NCBI GenBank assembly: GCA_025558095.1
Contig: JAIVFI010000036.1
Coordinates: forward strand, 124,001 to 188,000
Length of the DNA: 64,000 nucleotides
From: Hyaloraphidium curvatum SAG 235-1
Lineage: Eukaryota; Fungi; Monoblepharomycota
Reading direction: 5' to 3'
Position numbers and translations under genes: made by a program. Positions 33,517-49,349 of the stretch are shown here, one piece after another. The notes below the pieces were generated by a model. The model was not told the DNA's origin. It saw nothing but the letters and a program-made list of their open reading frames with translations, and searched no databases. Each line of letters opens with the position of its first letter. Position 1 is the stretch's first letter.

Positions 33517-35249
33517 TCACGAAGCGGGGACTTGGCTGAGCGCCCGGAGAAGCTGCATCGGCTCCGGGTCCGGTGCCGGTTCCGCCAGCCGGTTCCGCAG
33601 GTCGTATGCCTTGACGAGCTTGGAGTGGAGGTCGTCGTTGTACCGCCGTGTCACGTCTTCCATGACCGTGAGCCTGTAAACGTCGCGGAACATCCGCTCG
33701 ACCTGCTTTGTTGGCGGCGTGGTCAGCGATGATGTTGGACACCCGCCGTGCGGCCTAACCTCGGAGCTGAGCTCGCGGAGCGCCTCGCGGATGCCGTTCC
33801 CAGGGTCCTGTGTATCGGAGGCTTCACCGTGTTCGAGGAGGCGCCGCTGCTCCTCGTCGAGCTGCTGGACAAGCTTCGCCTGGGTCACCACCGGATCCAC
33901 CGTGCGCGTAGACGAGGTGCTGGGAACGCTGTCGACGGCCGCGGCGTGCTGCGAGTTCCGCTCCTTCATCAGCTCCGTCCACATCTCCTCCTCCTTCTGG
34001 AGTCTGTCGGCGGCCGCGGGTAATCAGAGGAGGCCAAGACGCCGAACCTGCTGTAACCCACCGTTGCAAAGTCTGCTCCAGCTTCGAAAGCGTCTTCTGG
34101 TTCTCGATGTTCCTCGGGTTAGGCTTGGTGACGCTCGTCCGTTCGTCGCGCGGGTCCTTCTTCCGCTTCCACCACGAGCAGTCAACCTTGCCGCTGCGGA
34201 TGGCCTCGATGAAGTCGTTCTGGAGCTCGGTGCCTTCGAGGGAGGTTGGTCGCGCGCTTCAGCAGCCGGCCGTCGCGAAACCCACGGATCTGGGAAAGAT
34301 CGGCGGCCAGCGCGTCCTTCCTGTTTCGCCGCGGCGGGGCGGACATGGCCCTCTCCGCGCACCAAGCAAGCAGCTGCTTCATCTTCTGCGGCTCCGACAG
34401 GTCGTCCTGGATGTGGCGGTAGAAGTCGCTCGGCGAGACGTCGGGGTGCGGGATGTCTGGGGAGGCCTCGATGAGCACGAGTCGGGAGCTGAAGCGCGTC
34501 CACCTACGGCAGAGCCCGTGGAGAGCCGTTGAGGATCGCCTCCCGCGAGAGCCGAGGCTGGATCTCCGGGGTCCGTTCGGGTTCTTGTTCCGCATCTCCT
34601 TGTTGCGATTGATCGCCGGAGTGTCGCGGACCGGCATGGGCATGATTGCGTCCCTGGTCTGCGCGGGGAGCGTCGCCGAAAAGGAGCTGACCGAGATGTC
34701 GCTGACGTCGATGGTCTTTTCGATCCGGGGCATCGTCTGCGCAACGGAACAGTTTGTACGCGCTCGGCGGCCACGAGCCCGGTCGGTGCCCACTGGTTTG
34801 ACGGGAGTTGCGGTTTCTGCAGCGGAGGGCTCCGGAGCCTTCGAAGCCGCAGCGGAAGACTTTGACGATTTGCGGGGCTCCTTGTCCGCCGGCTTCACAT
34901 TCTCGTTACTGCCCCCGTCCGAGGTCTTGGGTTGCCCCGTGACCTTCTTGGTGAACATGAAGTCGCCGTCCTGCTCGGCCTGCCAGACTGCATGTGGCCT
35001 TCCATGAGCAATACGCGCAGGGAGACCCGAACCGGACGCACCGGATTTTCTGCGGTCCTTCTGGTCGGCGGGCTTGTCTGCCCCGTCGCCGGTCCTGCGG
35101 CGCTTTTCCGGCTGTGGGGCGGGCACCGCCGGCGGCGCGGGCGGCGACGGCTCGCTGAGCTCGTCGGGCGCGTCGGCGTCGGCGTCCGCGGCGGCGGGAG
35201 AGAGCGGCCGCTTGGGCGGCGCGGCTTTGGCTTTGGATCCCCGCGGCAT
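33517..35249 (-). CDS. DSN1: Kinetochore MIS12-complex subunit Mis13/Dsn1
   Basis: RRSSLGSRGRRSS (Aurora B-type motif) and PHPDV..SDFYRHI..DLSEPQKMKQLLAWCAERA. Confidence 0.85.
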
Positions 35250-36544
35250 GGCGGCGCGGTGTTTGCGGACGCGGCGGCGGCTCGGCGAGGAGCGGGCACG
35301 GCGCGGGCGTCCTCCACCAATGAATTCGCGTCCCGCGCGTCCGGTGGGGTCCCGCGCAGGGCCTCTGGGGCGGCGGAAATTCAGAGTGTTGGCGGGGGAG
35401 TCCACTTGTGGTCATGCCCAAATGAAGCCCGGCCAAGGCCCGGCTTCACGTTCTAGCCTCGAAGAATCAACAACGTTCTATTGAATTCAACGCCATCGAA
35501 GGCTGCCGGAGTGTGCCCGGGCTCGTTCTATTGAGGACCGCTCTCCAGCATGAACTCGCTTGCCGAAGCTGGTTGAGCGGAGCACAGCGCGAACGCGCGA
35601 TAACCAGTAATGAAGACTTGCCAAGCATTGGGTCTCTCGGCATACCTCGACACACAATACCGAATGTCAGTGGGGCAAAGGTCGGCCAGGTTACGGTTTC
35701 GATCATCAGTTGACCCTGCCCTCAAATCCCAAGGAGAAAGAGAAGGCTCGAGTCTGAGGCGACTACCTAAGGTGGATCATGACTTCACATTGATCCTGGT
35801 TGGCACGTCGAGTCGAATGTTTCACGACGGGGACGATCAGACCTCCGACCCAAGTCCGACTTGATAAGCAACCAGTGTCTGGCGACCACGCCCGACTGCC
35901 TGATAGTTGAGCAAGGTAATGAGATGATTCTTGGTCCAAGAACCAGTGTGGAAGTAGATCATCCGCAACGAGATCAACGAAGGCCGTCCTTGATCCTTGC
36001 CCGCTTCCGTTGGTATTGTGCGAGTTCTTCCACCGCGTTCCGGGCACTCGTGTCTGTAGTCAATCGTCTTCGTTGGCTTGACGTCGTTGGAGCATTCCGC
36101 TTAGCGGCCAGTTCACGACAGAGCAACGGCCTTTACAGGCCGCAGGGACAGCTGTCAAACTCCAGCGGTGGGAAGGCGAGCGTCCGTGTTTTCCGCAGTG
36201 GCCCGAGGAGCAACAAGGCTTTGGCTCAAGCATCCAGTGTTCTCCGTCATCCGTTTGCGGGTTCCTGTCAAGGTGGAGTCGGGTCATGTTGTCCGACGCC
36301 ACGCCTCGGGTGGAGCCGGGACCCCATCCGCCAACAGAAGACAGGTCAACACACCATCCTCCTCCACCGCCCTCCCTCCGTTCAACTCTAGAAGGTCAGC
36401 ACTGCGCGGCTCGAAAGGCGCCCCGTCCCTTGTGCGGCGGGCTGACCCAGGACCGTCGTGCCCTCTTTCCGCTCTCGGCGCCACCGCGATCCCTGTTCCG
36501 CATCCTTCACACGCACCACTCGCGGCGCTCCGCCCCTATAGAAA

Positions 36545-37161
36545 ATGGGTAAGCAAGGCTTCTGCTGACGATTCGCTGGCTCGGTCGTCTCACACGGACG
36601 CGTTGGGCAGGTGACGTCGCCAAGGGTGCCAACCTTTTCAAGACCCGCTGCGCCCAGTGCCACACCGTGGAGAAGGTGCGTAAGCTGCTCTTGGCGACAC
36701 GATGGGTGCCGTATCTTTGCCCGCGGGAGTCTTACGCCGTCTGTCCCTCAGGGTGGCCCGCACAAGGTCGGCCCCAACCTGAACGGCCTCTTCGGCCGCC
36801 AGACCGGCCAGGCCGCCGGCTTCGCCTACTCGGATGCCAACAAGAAGAAGGGCATCACCTGGTCCGAGGAGACCCTGTTCGAGTACCTCGAGAACCCCAA
36901 GAAGTACATTCCCGTGCGTGTGACCCGTTCCCCTTGACGAACCGAGTGCTGACCGAGTCGGCACGCGCACGCCATATCGTCACTTGCTTGTCTTCCCGCC
37001 TTTGTTGATTGCAGGGCACCAAGATGGTGTTCGTTGGGCTGAAGAAGGAGAACGAGCGGAATGACCTCATCGCTTACCTCAAGGACTCCTGCGTGGGTGT
37101 CTGCAAAGACGGCTGCTCTATAGCATTGCTGACATGTGCTTCCTCTCTCATGCAGGCGTAA
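36545..37161 (+). CDS. CYC1: Cytochrome c, 4 introns
   Basis: [23 protein letters not shown] / [10 protein letters not shown] / [10 protein letters not shown] / GTKMVF. Confidence 0.97.
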
Positions 37162-37560
37162 GCAGGCGATCGATTTGTAAAAGGCCTCGAGGCAACTACA
37201 GTAGAAGAAGCGGGGCGGGGCGTCGCTGACGCCGCCCAGTCTAGACTTTTGGATCTTCGTCCTTTGTCGGTCGGTTCCATCCGTTTCTAGCGTTGCGGTG
37301 TGACGAGCAAAAGCGGTGATCCGTGCCACGTAGAACGTAAGATGGGTGTGATCAGCTCTTCGACGGTTCAGCAGCGGGCGGGAAGGGGGGGATTGTGGTC
37401 CCACCGAATTCGGTACTGCACTCCCAGCGAAGGACCCGCCGGCATCGCTGCGGAGCCGAGATCTGCATAAAGCATCCTTTGTGCGGGACGTGCCTAGGGC
37501 GTTCGGCGCGGATCCGGCAGCCGCAGGGCAAAGGGGCCGACCCGCCGTCGCTTCGCCGCA

Positions 37561-41364
<3,804 letters not shown>

Positions 41365-41460
41365 GTCGTTGCACTTGTATTTGCGCCGGAATTGCACGAA
41401 GACTGGGAACGTCCGTCGCGCCCCCGCGCAACACGCCCAGGAGCCTATTGTTGTCTGGAC

Positions 41461-41865
41461 ATGACCGACGCGTCCGGGAGCCATGTGAAGCTCGTCAGCT
41501 CCGACGACTTTACGTTCGTCATTGATCGCCGGGTCGCGATGGGCTCCGGCACGATCAGGAACATGTTGTCTGGTGCGCTCCTCGAGGCTCGCGAACGAGG
41601 GTATCGGCTCACGGTTCCACAGGCCAGTTCTCGGAGTCCCTGCAGAATGAAATTCACTTTCGGGATATCAAGTAGGATCCATGATTGCCGGCACGCAGCA
41701 AAACTCACGCCTGCCCGCGGCAGGGCCGTCATCCTGGAGAAGGTCTGCAAGTACCTGTACTACAAGGCCAAGTACACGGATGCCGCCGGCGAGATACCCG
41801 AGTTCAAAATCGAGCCTGAAATTGCTCTTGAACTCCTGATGGCATCGGACTTCATGGACTGCTAG
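41461..41865 (+). CDS. ELC1: Elongin C
   Basis: VKLVSSDDFTFVI...SGTIRNML and ILEKVCKYLYYK...IPEFKIEPEIALELLMASDFMDC. Confidence 0.95.
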   Translation: MTDASGSHVKLVSSDDFTFVIDRRVAMGSGTIRNMLSGALLEARERGYRLTVPQASSRSPCRMKFTFGISSRIHDCRHAAKLTPARGRAVILEKVCKYLYYKAKYTDAAGEIPEFKIEPEIALELLMASDFMDC

Positions 41866-42033
41866 CCACTGGACGCTTACGCGCCCGCGATCGCGGCGCT
41901 CTATGCTGTCGGCGACGGACGGGGTGGCGTCGCACCATCGCCGAAGGACATTGTGATCTCTGTCGTTCGTGTTCTCCATGCAATAGCATACCCCTCTCTC
42001 CCATGGCAAAGCTCCACAAGCCTCAACGAACCA

Positions 42034-43193
42034 TCATTGTCTCCGCTTCAGCTTCTCGAATCTGCGTGTCAGCTCGTCAAAATCTGGTTCTGCTGGCGCC
42101 GATGTCGCGTCTCCTTGCGCGCTATCGGATGTGTTAAACCCGTTGGCGGGCTTTCCTCGCGGCTCTGGCGCGACCAGGCTCCCTGAACCAGCGGTCGGTT
42201 GGCTGCCCGAAGCTCCTTTTGCTGGGAAGGCGGTTGGCTCCTGTCTCGGCGCTGTAACGCGGGGCAGATCGTCCGTCCCGAGACCGATCGACTCCGTGCC
42301 GTCAACATCCGTTCCGATCGAACCGTTCCAAGCCACATTGTAGGCGCTGGGCAGGCCCGAGTCAAAACCTCATTCGTCACTGCCAAAGGGAGCGCAAGTC
42401 CCACTTTGCAATCTCCTTTAGATACTGATCGACAAGAATTGGATCCGGAGTCTGAACCTTGAGCTTTTGTATGATCTTGGAAAGGCGATCAGTTGTTCCA
42501 ACCACATGATGTCCGAACCTGCAGACCAACCCTGCTGTTTACCACTTCGTTCCTATTTTCCATTGCCGCGAGCGCAAACTCCCGGCCGAACTTTGCTATC
42601 AGCTGGTCGCGAGCCTGAGCGTGAACCACCACTAGTCAGCTGGTAACTCGGCTGCTCCACCGGCCCAAGATACTACCAGACTGAGCTCCTTTACTTCTGT
42701 TCGAGGTGCTGCGTAGATGATGGTGTTTACGGCCTCTGCAATGGCCGGATCGCAATTCCTGCGGGATCACCGGCGTGTCCTCGGGTTACACCGGCATCAC
42801 GGACCAAACCGGGGGGCCACCGCACTTCATTTGCTCCAAAAGACCAAAGCGAGCGAGAAGCAGCTCGCAGTGCAGCTCCAGAATCTCCATGGCCTCCATA
42901 TTGAGGTCCTCTCGAATGATGTGCTCCACCTGAGCCGGTTCGCCGTTTGAGAACGAGATCGGCTACGAAAGAAGGCCACTAAGTCACACCCTGATCCTCG
43001 CGCTCTCCTCTTTGCCCTTCTCCAGGAGCTGCGCGACTTCTCGCCGCGCCGCGTTGTTCTGGCCTGACTTCTTCTGCTGGAGGAGCCGCAGTCGGCTGTA
43101 CCAGGGTCAGGGGACAGAGGGACGTGAAGTTCGGGGTCCGCACGTCACGGCTAGCCTCAGCTGGACTTTCAGCCGGTTCGGAGCGAAGGACAT
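42034..43193 (-). CDS. IST1: IST1 (ESCRT-III-related Vps4 regulator)
   Basis: RLKVQLRLA, ESARIRVEHIIRED, ELLLARFGLL and C-terminal MIM PDFDELTRRFEKLKR. Confidence 0.92.
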
Positions 43194-43269
43194 CGCCGGG
43201 GTGGTCGAATGGAGTAAGTAAGCGTGCCTGGTGCGCGCGTCTCAGAGACCCAGGGAGACACCGCGCAAC

Positions 43270-44338
43270 ATGAGCAAACGGCAGTACAGAAAAAAGGCGA
43301 TTTCGGAGGACGGCGACGAGGACGGAGGCGAACGAAACGACGACGGCGGTCATGCCGGGGTCGACGTGTGGGCTTTGGCGCGGAATGCAACTCAGCTGCG
43401 GTCAACCAACGCTGCGACAGGGAGCTCCTCCAGGAGGCAATCGAGCTCCGCAAATATCGACGCCGACAGCACGGTTTAGACGCGGAGGATCTTCTGAAGG
43501 GATCGGGGAAGAAGGGCGGGGAGCTAGAAGCCGCGGTACCGGAGAAGTGAGGATGCCCTGGCCGCTCTATCGCCGTTGACGTTTATCTTCGTTCAGGCCC
43601 CCGGAAGTTGGGGGCATGATTGCTGCGGGGTTCAAGACTCAGACGAAGGCTATGGACACCGAGAGGCACATGTGGGCGCTTTTCTAAGTTCAAACTTCGC
43701 TGCGCACAACCGACTGTTCCCACTCGCAGGAACGAATACGTGGAAACGGAACTCAAGAAGCGGCGGAGCCCGTTGGGTCTTCTTGGCGAAGGCGGGGACA
43801 TGGGAGACGGCCAGAAGTCGGGCGTCTCTGATCCCCTGTACGAGATACCGGATCACCTCAAGGTGGCCCAGCAACCGGTCGCCGAAGGGAGCGTCACACT
43901 ATCTGCGTCGATGCTCACGGCGATTCCGGAGATCGATCTCGGGATAGAGTATGGGCCCGTCAATCAGCAAGCTGATTCGGTCGTCTGACTCGTTGACGTC
44001 CAGCGCCAAGCTACGGAACATTGAGGAGACCGAGAAAGCAAAGAGAAAGCTGATGGATGACAGGGCAAAACCCAAGGATGACACGGTGAGTTCGTTCGCC
44101 GCGTTGCCCCGTACATCTTGTCACTGACGGGTTTCCGCAGCAGGAGCTCCTTGGCTCAAACCTCGTCGCGGCCGATAGGTGGCTTCGCAACACGGGTCGT
44201 TCCCGAAACAGTTACGATCCCGCGGCCTCCGCAAGCGGGGATCACGCTGGAGAAAAGAGCCGCGGGGATCGAAGGGACCGAGCGACCGACGAGCTGGTTA
44301 TGGATCGCTTCAAGAAGAGGCAGAAGCGCGGTAGATGA
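43270..44338 (+). CDS. TLS1: Splicing factor C9orf78/Tls1 (HCA59 family)
   Basis: YVETELKKRR, MLTAIPEIDLGI, KLRNIEETEKAK and ATDELVMDRFKKR. Confidence 0.85.
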
Positions 44339-44359
44339 CCCCGAAGCGTGACCACAGAA

Positions 44360-45629
44360 TCACGGAACGGGATCTGGAAGCACGGAGAGTCGTTCCAAAA
44401 GCGAGGCGCAGATATCCTCCGCGACGGTCAGGTTCGACACCAGCGTCGCCAGCTTGGGATAAGTCGCCTCGACGAGAATTTCCTCCACCGCCTCCACACT
44501 GCGATTGCGATATTGGCTGCTTGCTTGTGAGCCGGCTTCCTCACATTGCGGAAACCGTGGAAGACTCACAAAACGCGGCCCGTTCCCGATCGAAGGCGAT
44601 TCAGAAGCTTGTTTTGCGAATGCAGGGCGATGGCCGAGACGACGATCGAGCTCCGGTTCACGTAGAACTCGATTATCAGATCGTCCGGGAGCTCCGGGTT
44701 GAACGCCTGTGGAACCCTTTTCGAGCCGGCGGGCCTTTTGTGGGGAATCATCTGCCCACCTTCGTGTCACACTCCTTCTGGGGAAAGGTTGCCTTTTCGT
44801 CCAGCCTTGAAATGGACAGCTTCGCCCTCTTAACGTTGTCGAGTAGCTTGGTCAACTCCTGTAGCCTGAATGAGGTCTGCTCGCAAAAACGCCGCGCGAC
44901 TTCTCCCTCACGTCCATCAGTCGTGTTCGATGGTACATGGACGGTGTCAGAGAGTCCAACGCGTTTAGAGCGAGAGAAACGTAGTTTCTTGCGTCCTGAA
45001 GCTGTTCCCAAACCCGTGTCAGTTGCAGCTTGGCCGACATCGCGGGTCCTGCCCACGGACCTGAACAAGGGTCAGCTGTCTGGCGAGGTTGTACGGTGGC
45101 AGTTGCGACTTGTACTGCGGCATTTTCAGCTTGATCTCCTGTTTCGCAACGAGCTTTAAATGAAACGGTCGAAAAGCTTCGAAAACACCCTCAACGCACG
45201 GCCTTCGTGATCATGGTCCCGTTGACGGTGACGAAGCCCTTCAGCGCGTCCGTGCTGAGCAGAACCAATTCCACGGATCAGGAAATGTGGCTCCGGAGCG
45301 CATCGCTGGTCGCGAACGCACTTCGACGAGCTGACGGCCAGGACTGTGGAACCGCTGGCATCTTTCGCCTCGCAACACGCGAGACCTTCCTAAAGCCGTC
45401 TGAATGGCACTGATTCCAACAAGGCACGCACGATGTCCATGCTTGCCTTCAAGAGATTGGTCAGTTGGACAATGAGCGTGGGCACCGTCGTTTGAAGCAG
45501 AAGCTGCAGTTCCCGGTTCTACGGCCAGCCATTCCGTCAGCGGAGGCCGTGTGCTTGTCGCGGGAGCATCACCAAGCCATCGAGCTCCAGCCGAATGGCG
45601 TCGGCAGCGGGCGCTGGGACCGTCTCCAT
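44360..45629 (-). CDS. RAV2: RAVE subunit 2 / Rogdi leucine-zipper family protein
   Basis: LKGFVTVNGTMITKA, QLQDARNY, FNPELPDDLIIEFYVN and VEILVEATYPKL; start inferred. Confidence 0.75.
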
Positions 45630-46015
45630 TGTCTCCCGGGGTCGTGTTTGTGCAGGCTCCGCGACCACCTCGGCTGCGATCGATCACCCAACGAGCCCCA
45701 GCAATCACGAGAAACTGCAGACCGCCATTTGATATCGGTCGATTGCGAGTGAGGCGCCTTAGAGGACATCTACTCTACCCCAGGCAGGGGTCATCGCACA
45801 CTGATCATAGGCATTTCTCACGAAGGCTTCACATCAGCACTCTCCGAGTCCACGGTGTTCACCTGAAGTCTGGTTCATGTTGCTGGGGATGGATGGATGT
45901 GTTTGGAGCCGTTGGATCGAGTTGGAGTTGGTCTTGGAGTTGGATGTTGGACTTGGATGGATGGGTGGATCTTGCCTAGACAATAACCTAGGAGGCGGCT
46001 CTAGAGAAGGGGGAA

Positions 46016-46105
46016 TGAGACAACAAACACCAGGAACGCCACCTGCCTCATCCGCACCTGTCTCTGGGCGCCTGTGACCAGGGGTCTTTGAGATTAAGAG
46101 TCTCA
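46016..46105 (+). mobile_element. Putative short (90 bp) 3' LTR preceded by a polypurine tract
   Basis: Termini TGAGAC...GTCTCA, immediately preceded by AGAGAAGGGGGAA. Confidence 0.45.
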
Positions 46106-46152
46106 CCTGCTCTGACACGTGCCTGCTACCCCTGGAAGCCTGCCCGCGACAG

Positions 46153-47098
46153 GATGACAGCCAAAGATGCCGACAAGCCTATCCTGCTCAACACCGGTGA
46201 AAACATGGTCCAGTGGGACCGCAAGGCCCCCATCTACCTCAACAAGCTCGGGGTGTACGAGTACGTCGTCAACAACGTCCTCAGCATCGACTGGCAGCTC
46301 GAGCAGGCCCGCAAGAGGGCTGCTGAGCGCAGCGCCGCTCCAGAGACCACAGACCGGCAGAGGCAGACCATCCTTGCCGAGGAAGAGAAGGCCGCGCACT
46401 CGATCCTCACGGAACACAAGTTCAGGACCACGGCCGAAAAGGCCTACGGCGAGCTCATGTTGATGCTCGACGACGTCCTCCAGGAAGCGTTCGACGAGCC
46501 CAAGACGGCCTATGACCTCTGGATCGCGATTCACAAGAAGTTCAAAGTTGGAAAGGTGCGCTTGGTACATGCGTCCCAAGTCCGCGTAAACAAGTGGCAG
46601 TGGTACGCTTCAAAGACTGTGGACCAAAACTTCAACAAGCTGCTGAGCATCAAGTCAGAGAGACTTGCGCACAAGAAACCACTTTCAGACTACGACGTGG
46701 CTCTGATGGTGACGTTCACCGAAGGTTTCCCCTTCGCGGAACTCCAAGGATTCTGGGGCCGAGTCATTGACGAGGACGGGCACTTCGACGAAGACGGCAA
46801 GAGCGAGAGTACAACATTCTCGTTCAATGGCATGCGGGCTGCGGCTAACACAGCCCAAGGAAACAAGATGCCGCATGCACCTGTCAAGATGACAGCTCCG
46901 ACGCTCCCGCCCCCTGCCGGATTTGGACCCGGTTTCGCTGCCTATCAGCCGCACCAACAACAAGTTCCCCGTGGTGGTGGCAACCCCAGTCGGCCTCCGC
47001 AGCGCCCCTGGTATGAGCACGGTCGCTACGCTCCGTACCCCAGCAACAGTTCAGAATGCAAAGTGTTCCTCACTCCCCAAGTGATACAATGGCGGTAG
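46153..47098 (+). mobile_element. Copia-type gag-like ORF remnant (no pol)
   Basis: EKAYGELMLML...KTAYDLWIAIHKKF resembles the UBN2-type gag pattern; intronless; sits within the TE cluster. Confidence 0.55.
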
Positions 47099-47274
47099 CT
47101 GCCGGTAGTCGAAGCAGCCTTAGATAATGGTGTGGGCTTGTTGGTTCCGTATGTGTGGCATGCTCTTAGTACACTTAAACGTCAGACCACTCACCACTGG
47201 ACTAAAGAGAAGGTACCACGTCTCTGGCCCAAGTGGCCTGACGTCTAAGAGCATGTCACCATAGGGAACCAACA

Positions 47275-48730
47275 TGGTCCGATGTGGCCAAAGGTCATGT
47301 CACACATCCTCCAAAAGTGCAGTTTGTCGTTGTCCTTGAGCCTCTGGGCATTGATCTCCCTGAACTTGCCCTTCACAAGATTCTCCACAGTCTCCTTGGG
47401 CCATGAGAAAGTGTCCTTCTCCCACATCTCCCTCCCATCTTCGCTGCCATAGTATACAAGTAGTTCCCTCAGGAAGGCAGCCAGTTCCAGGACCCCTTCA
47501 GTGCCTCGATCTTGAGCTCTTTGTAAAGTAGGTACAGCGCAGGATCCGCTGTTTTGATGCGCATGAGGAACTTGAGTGCCGACTCGTGGTCATGAACTGC
47601 AAGGGGGTACTGGCCAGTGATCGCATACAGACAGGCCAGGGAGGTAGACTTGGGCAGATGAGTGACGGCACGAAGAGCCATGCATGTCACTTTGTCCCTG
47701 GTGCTTTCCCCGGCAAGGTACTCCTCCTTCGGCATCTCCACAATGAACGGGTTCCCATATTGGCCCACTGCCTTGACCTTTGTGTTGTAGAGCTTGAGCT
47801 GGAGGTCAGGACTCATCCCAGGCTGCTCCCTGATGTCACGGAGCCAGAGCCCATAAGCAGCGTTCATCTTGGCCTCTCTGCCATGCACATGGTCCTTGCT
47901 CCGGCCGGTTGAGGTCAGCTGATACCCCAGAAGCTTGAAGCTGTCAACCCTCTTCAGCTCCTGGTCCCTAGCCTGTACATGACCTTTACACGGTGAGGTA
48001 TCCTCCTGGCCATCCACTCTGTCTTGCTGACGTTGATCTCCAGCCCATTGGCACTGGCATATGCAGACAAAAGATCCAGCTGCATCTTGGCATCCTTCCC
48101 CGTCTTCGAGATCAAAGTGGTGTCGTCTGCAAAGAACAGAGCCAGCAAGCTGACCATCCTCTCCTGATCCTCTTCCTCCTCAGACACCATGCCCAGATCC
48201 ATCCCTTTTGCACCATTGGCCTCCATGAAAGCAGTGATGTCGTTGATGAACAAGATGAACAGCGATGAGAGGGGGTCCCCCTGTGTCACTCCGTCCAGTT
48301 AGGAACTTGATGAAGTCCGACTTGGTGCAGTCCTCATCCCGGAGCCTTCCCCACACCCACCCAAACGCCATCTCGAACATATCAACAACAGCTTGCTTCA
48401 GCACAGTGGTCCGGTACTTGACGAACTGGAGCCTGATCCCATTCTCAGCCGCTGCCCTGCCGTTAGGAGCCTTCTTCAGGACCTTCTCGAGCTCCTTGAG
48501 GGTGATGGGGCGCAGCAGGTTCCCAGGAGGCGTGATCGTGGCCTTGGGAAGCGGTGGGAACATGAGCCTGGGGTCTTCCTCGATCTTGGTCACGTACTTG
48601 GCGCTGGCCACCATCTCCATGTGGCGTACCAGCTCCGCAAAGGGCACAGGGTTGCCCTTCCGCCTCGCATAAGCCTTCCCAAGCAGTTGGTAGTATCCCT
48701 TAGGCTCTCGCCTGAAGAGTCATTCCAGCA
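47275..48730 (-). mobile_element. Non-LTR (LINE) retrotransposon RT fragment, frameshifted
   Basis: PITLKELEKVLKK, QGDPLS..LFILFIND, LFFADD, GLEINVSKTE and FKLLG; near-identical to 63207-64000. Confidence 0.9.
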
Positions 48731-48751
48731 ATGTGACCAAAGGTCATGACA

Positions 48752-48951
48752 GACATTAGAATAGTATTGGTGACCCGGACCTGCCCCTGGCTTGGCCGCT
48801 GTTACACCATGAGTTTGCTGCTAATTGCAAGGTTCATCGTCATCGTGTGTCTTTTTCATTTTCCCAGTTTTCCTGTCCTTCATGGACTTTATTTGAGATG
48901 AAGCTGGCAATGGAGTTGAGGGCCTTCTCCTTCTGCCGCCTCGCTTTGATC
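48752..48951 (-). mobile_element. 3' end of a LINE copy, interrupted by the copia insertion
   Basis: Matches ~61485-61671 and resumes at 60555 after the TSD. Confidence 0.85.
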
Positions 48952-49175
48952 TGTTGGAATGGATCGTTGCTACGATTCTGTATCAATAGGGAGTCTATTG
49001 GCGTGTGGGGATACTTGGGTACGATCGGAGGGGTCATCTAGGGACTTGTCATCACAAGGGAATGGACAACGGGTCAACGTGAAACTGTCCCTCTCCCCAT
49101 CCCGTCCATCTGAGTTCTGACCCGGTTCAGACCACTGGGGCTACGTCTTCCCCACGCCCCATAGCCACTCCAACA
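48952..49175 (+). repeat. LTR 1 (224 bp)
   Basis: TGTTGGA...TCCAACA termini, followed by the PBS-like GGTCTATGAGCCC. Confidence 0.95.
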
Positions 49176-49349
49176 GGTCTATGAGCCCAAAGGGTGTCCA
49201 GAACACTTTTGCGCGGCTTTGAAGTTGCGTGTGGCGCAACCAGCCGAGGGGACCGCATCCAGCTGAGTCTGGTCTCCAGGACCGCCTGGGTGGACTCAGT
49301 GGGCGCTAGAAAGAGCGCGTGAAGCACTAGAGGTGCTGCGGCGGCCGGG

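Noticed and set aside
45885-45970. TTGGAG-like repeats as an interstitial telomere
   Set aside because: Too degenerate and not TTAGGG; more likely low-complexity retroelement sequence.
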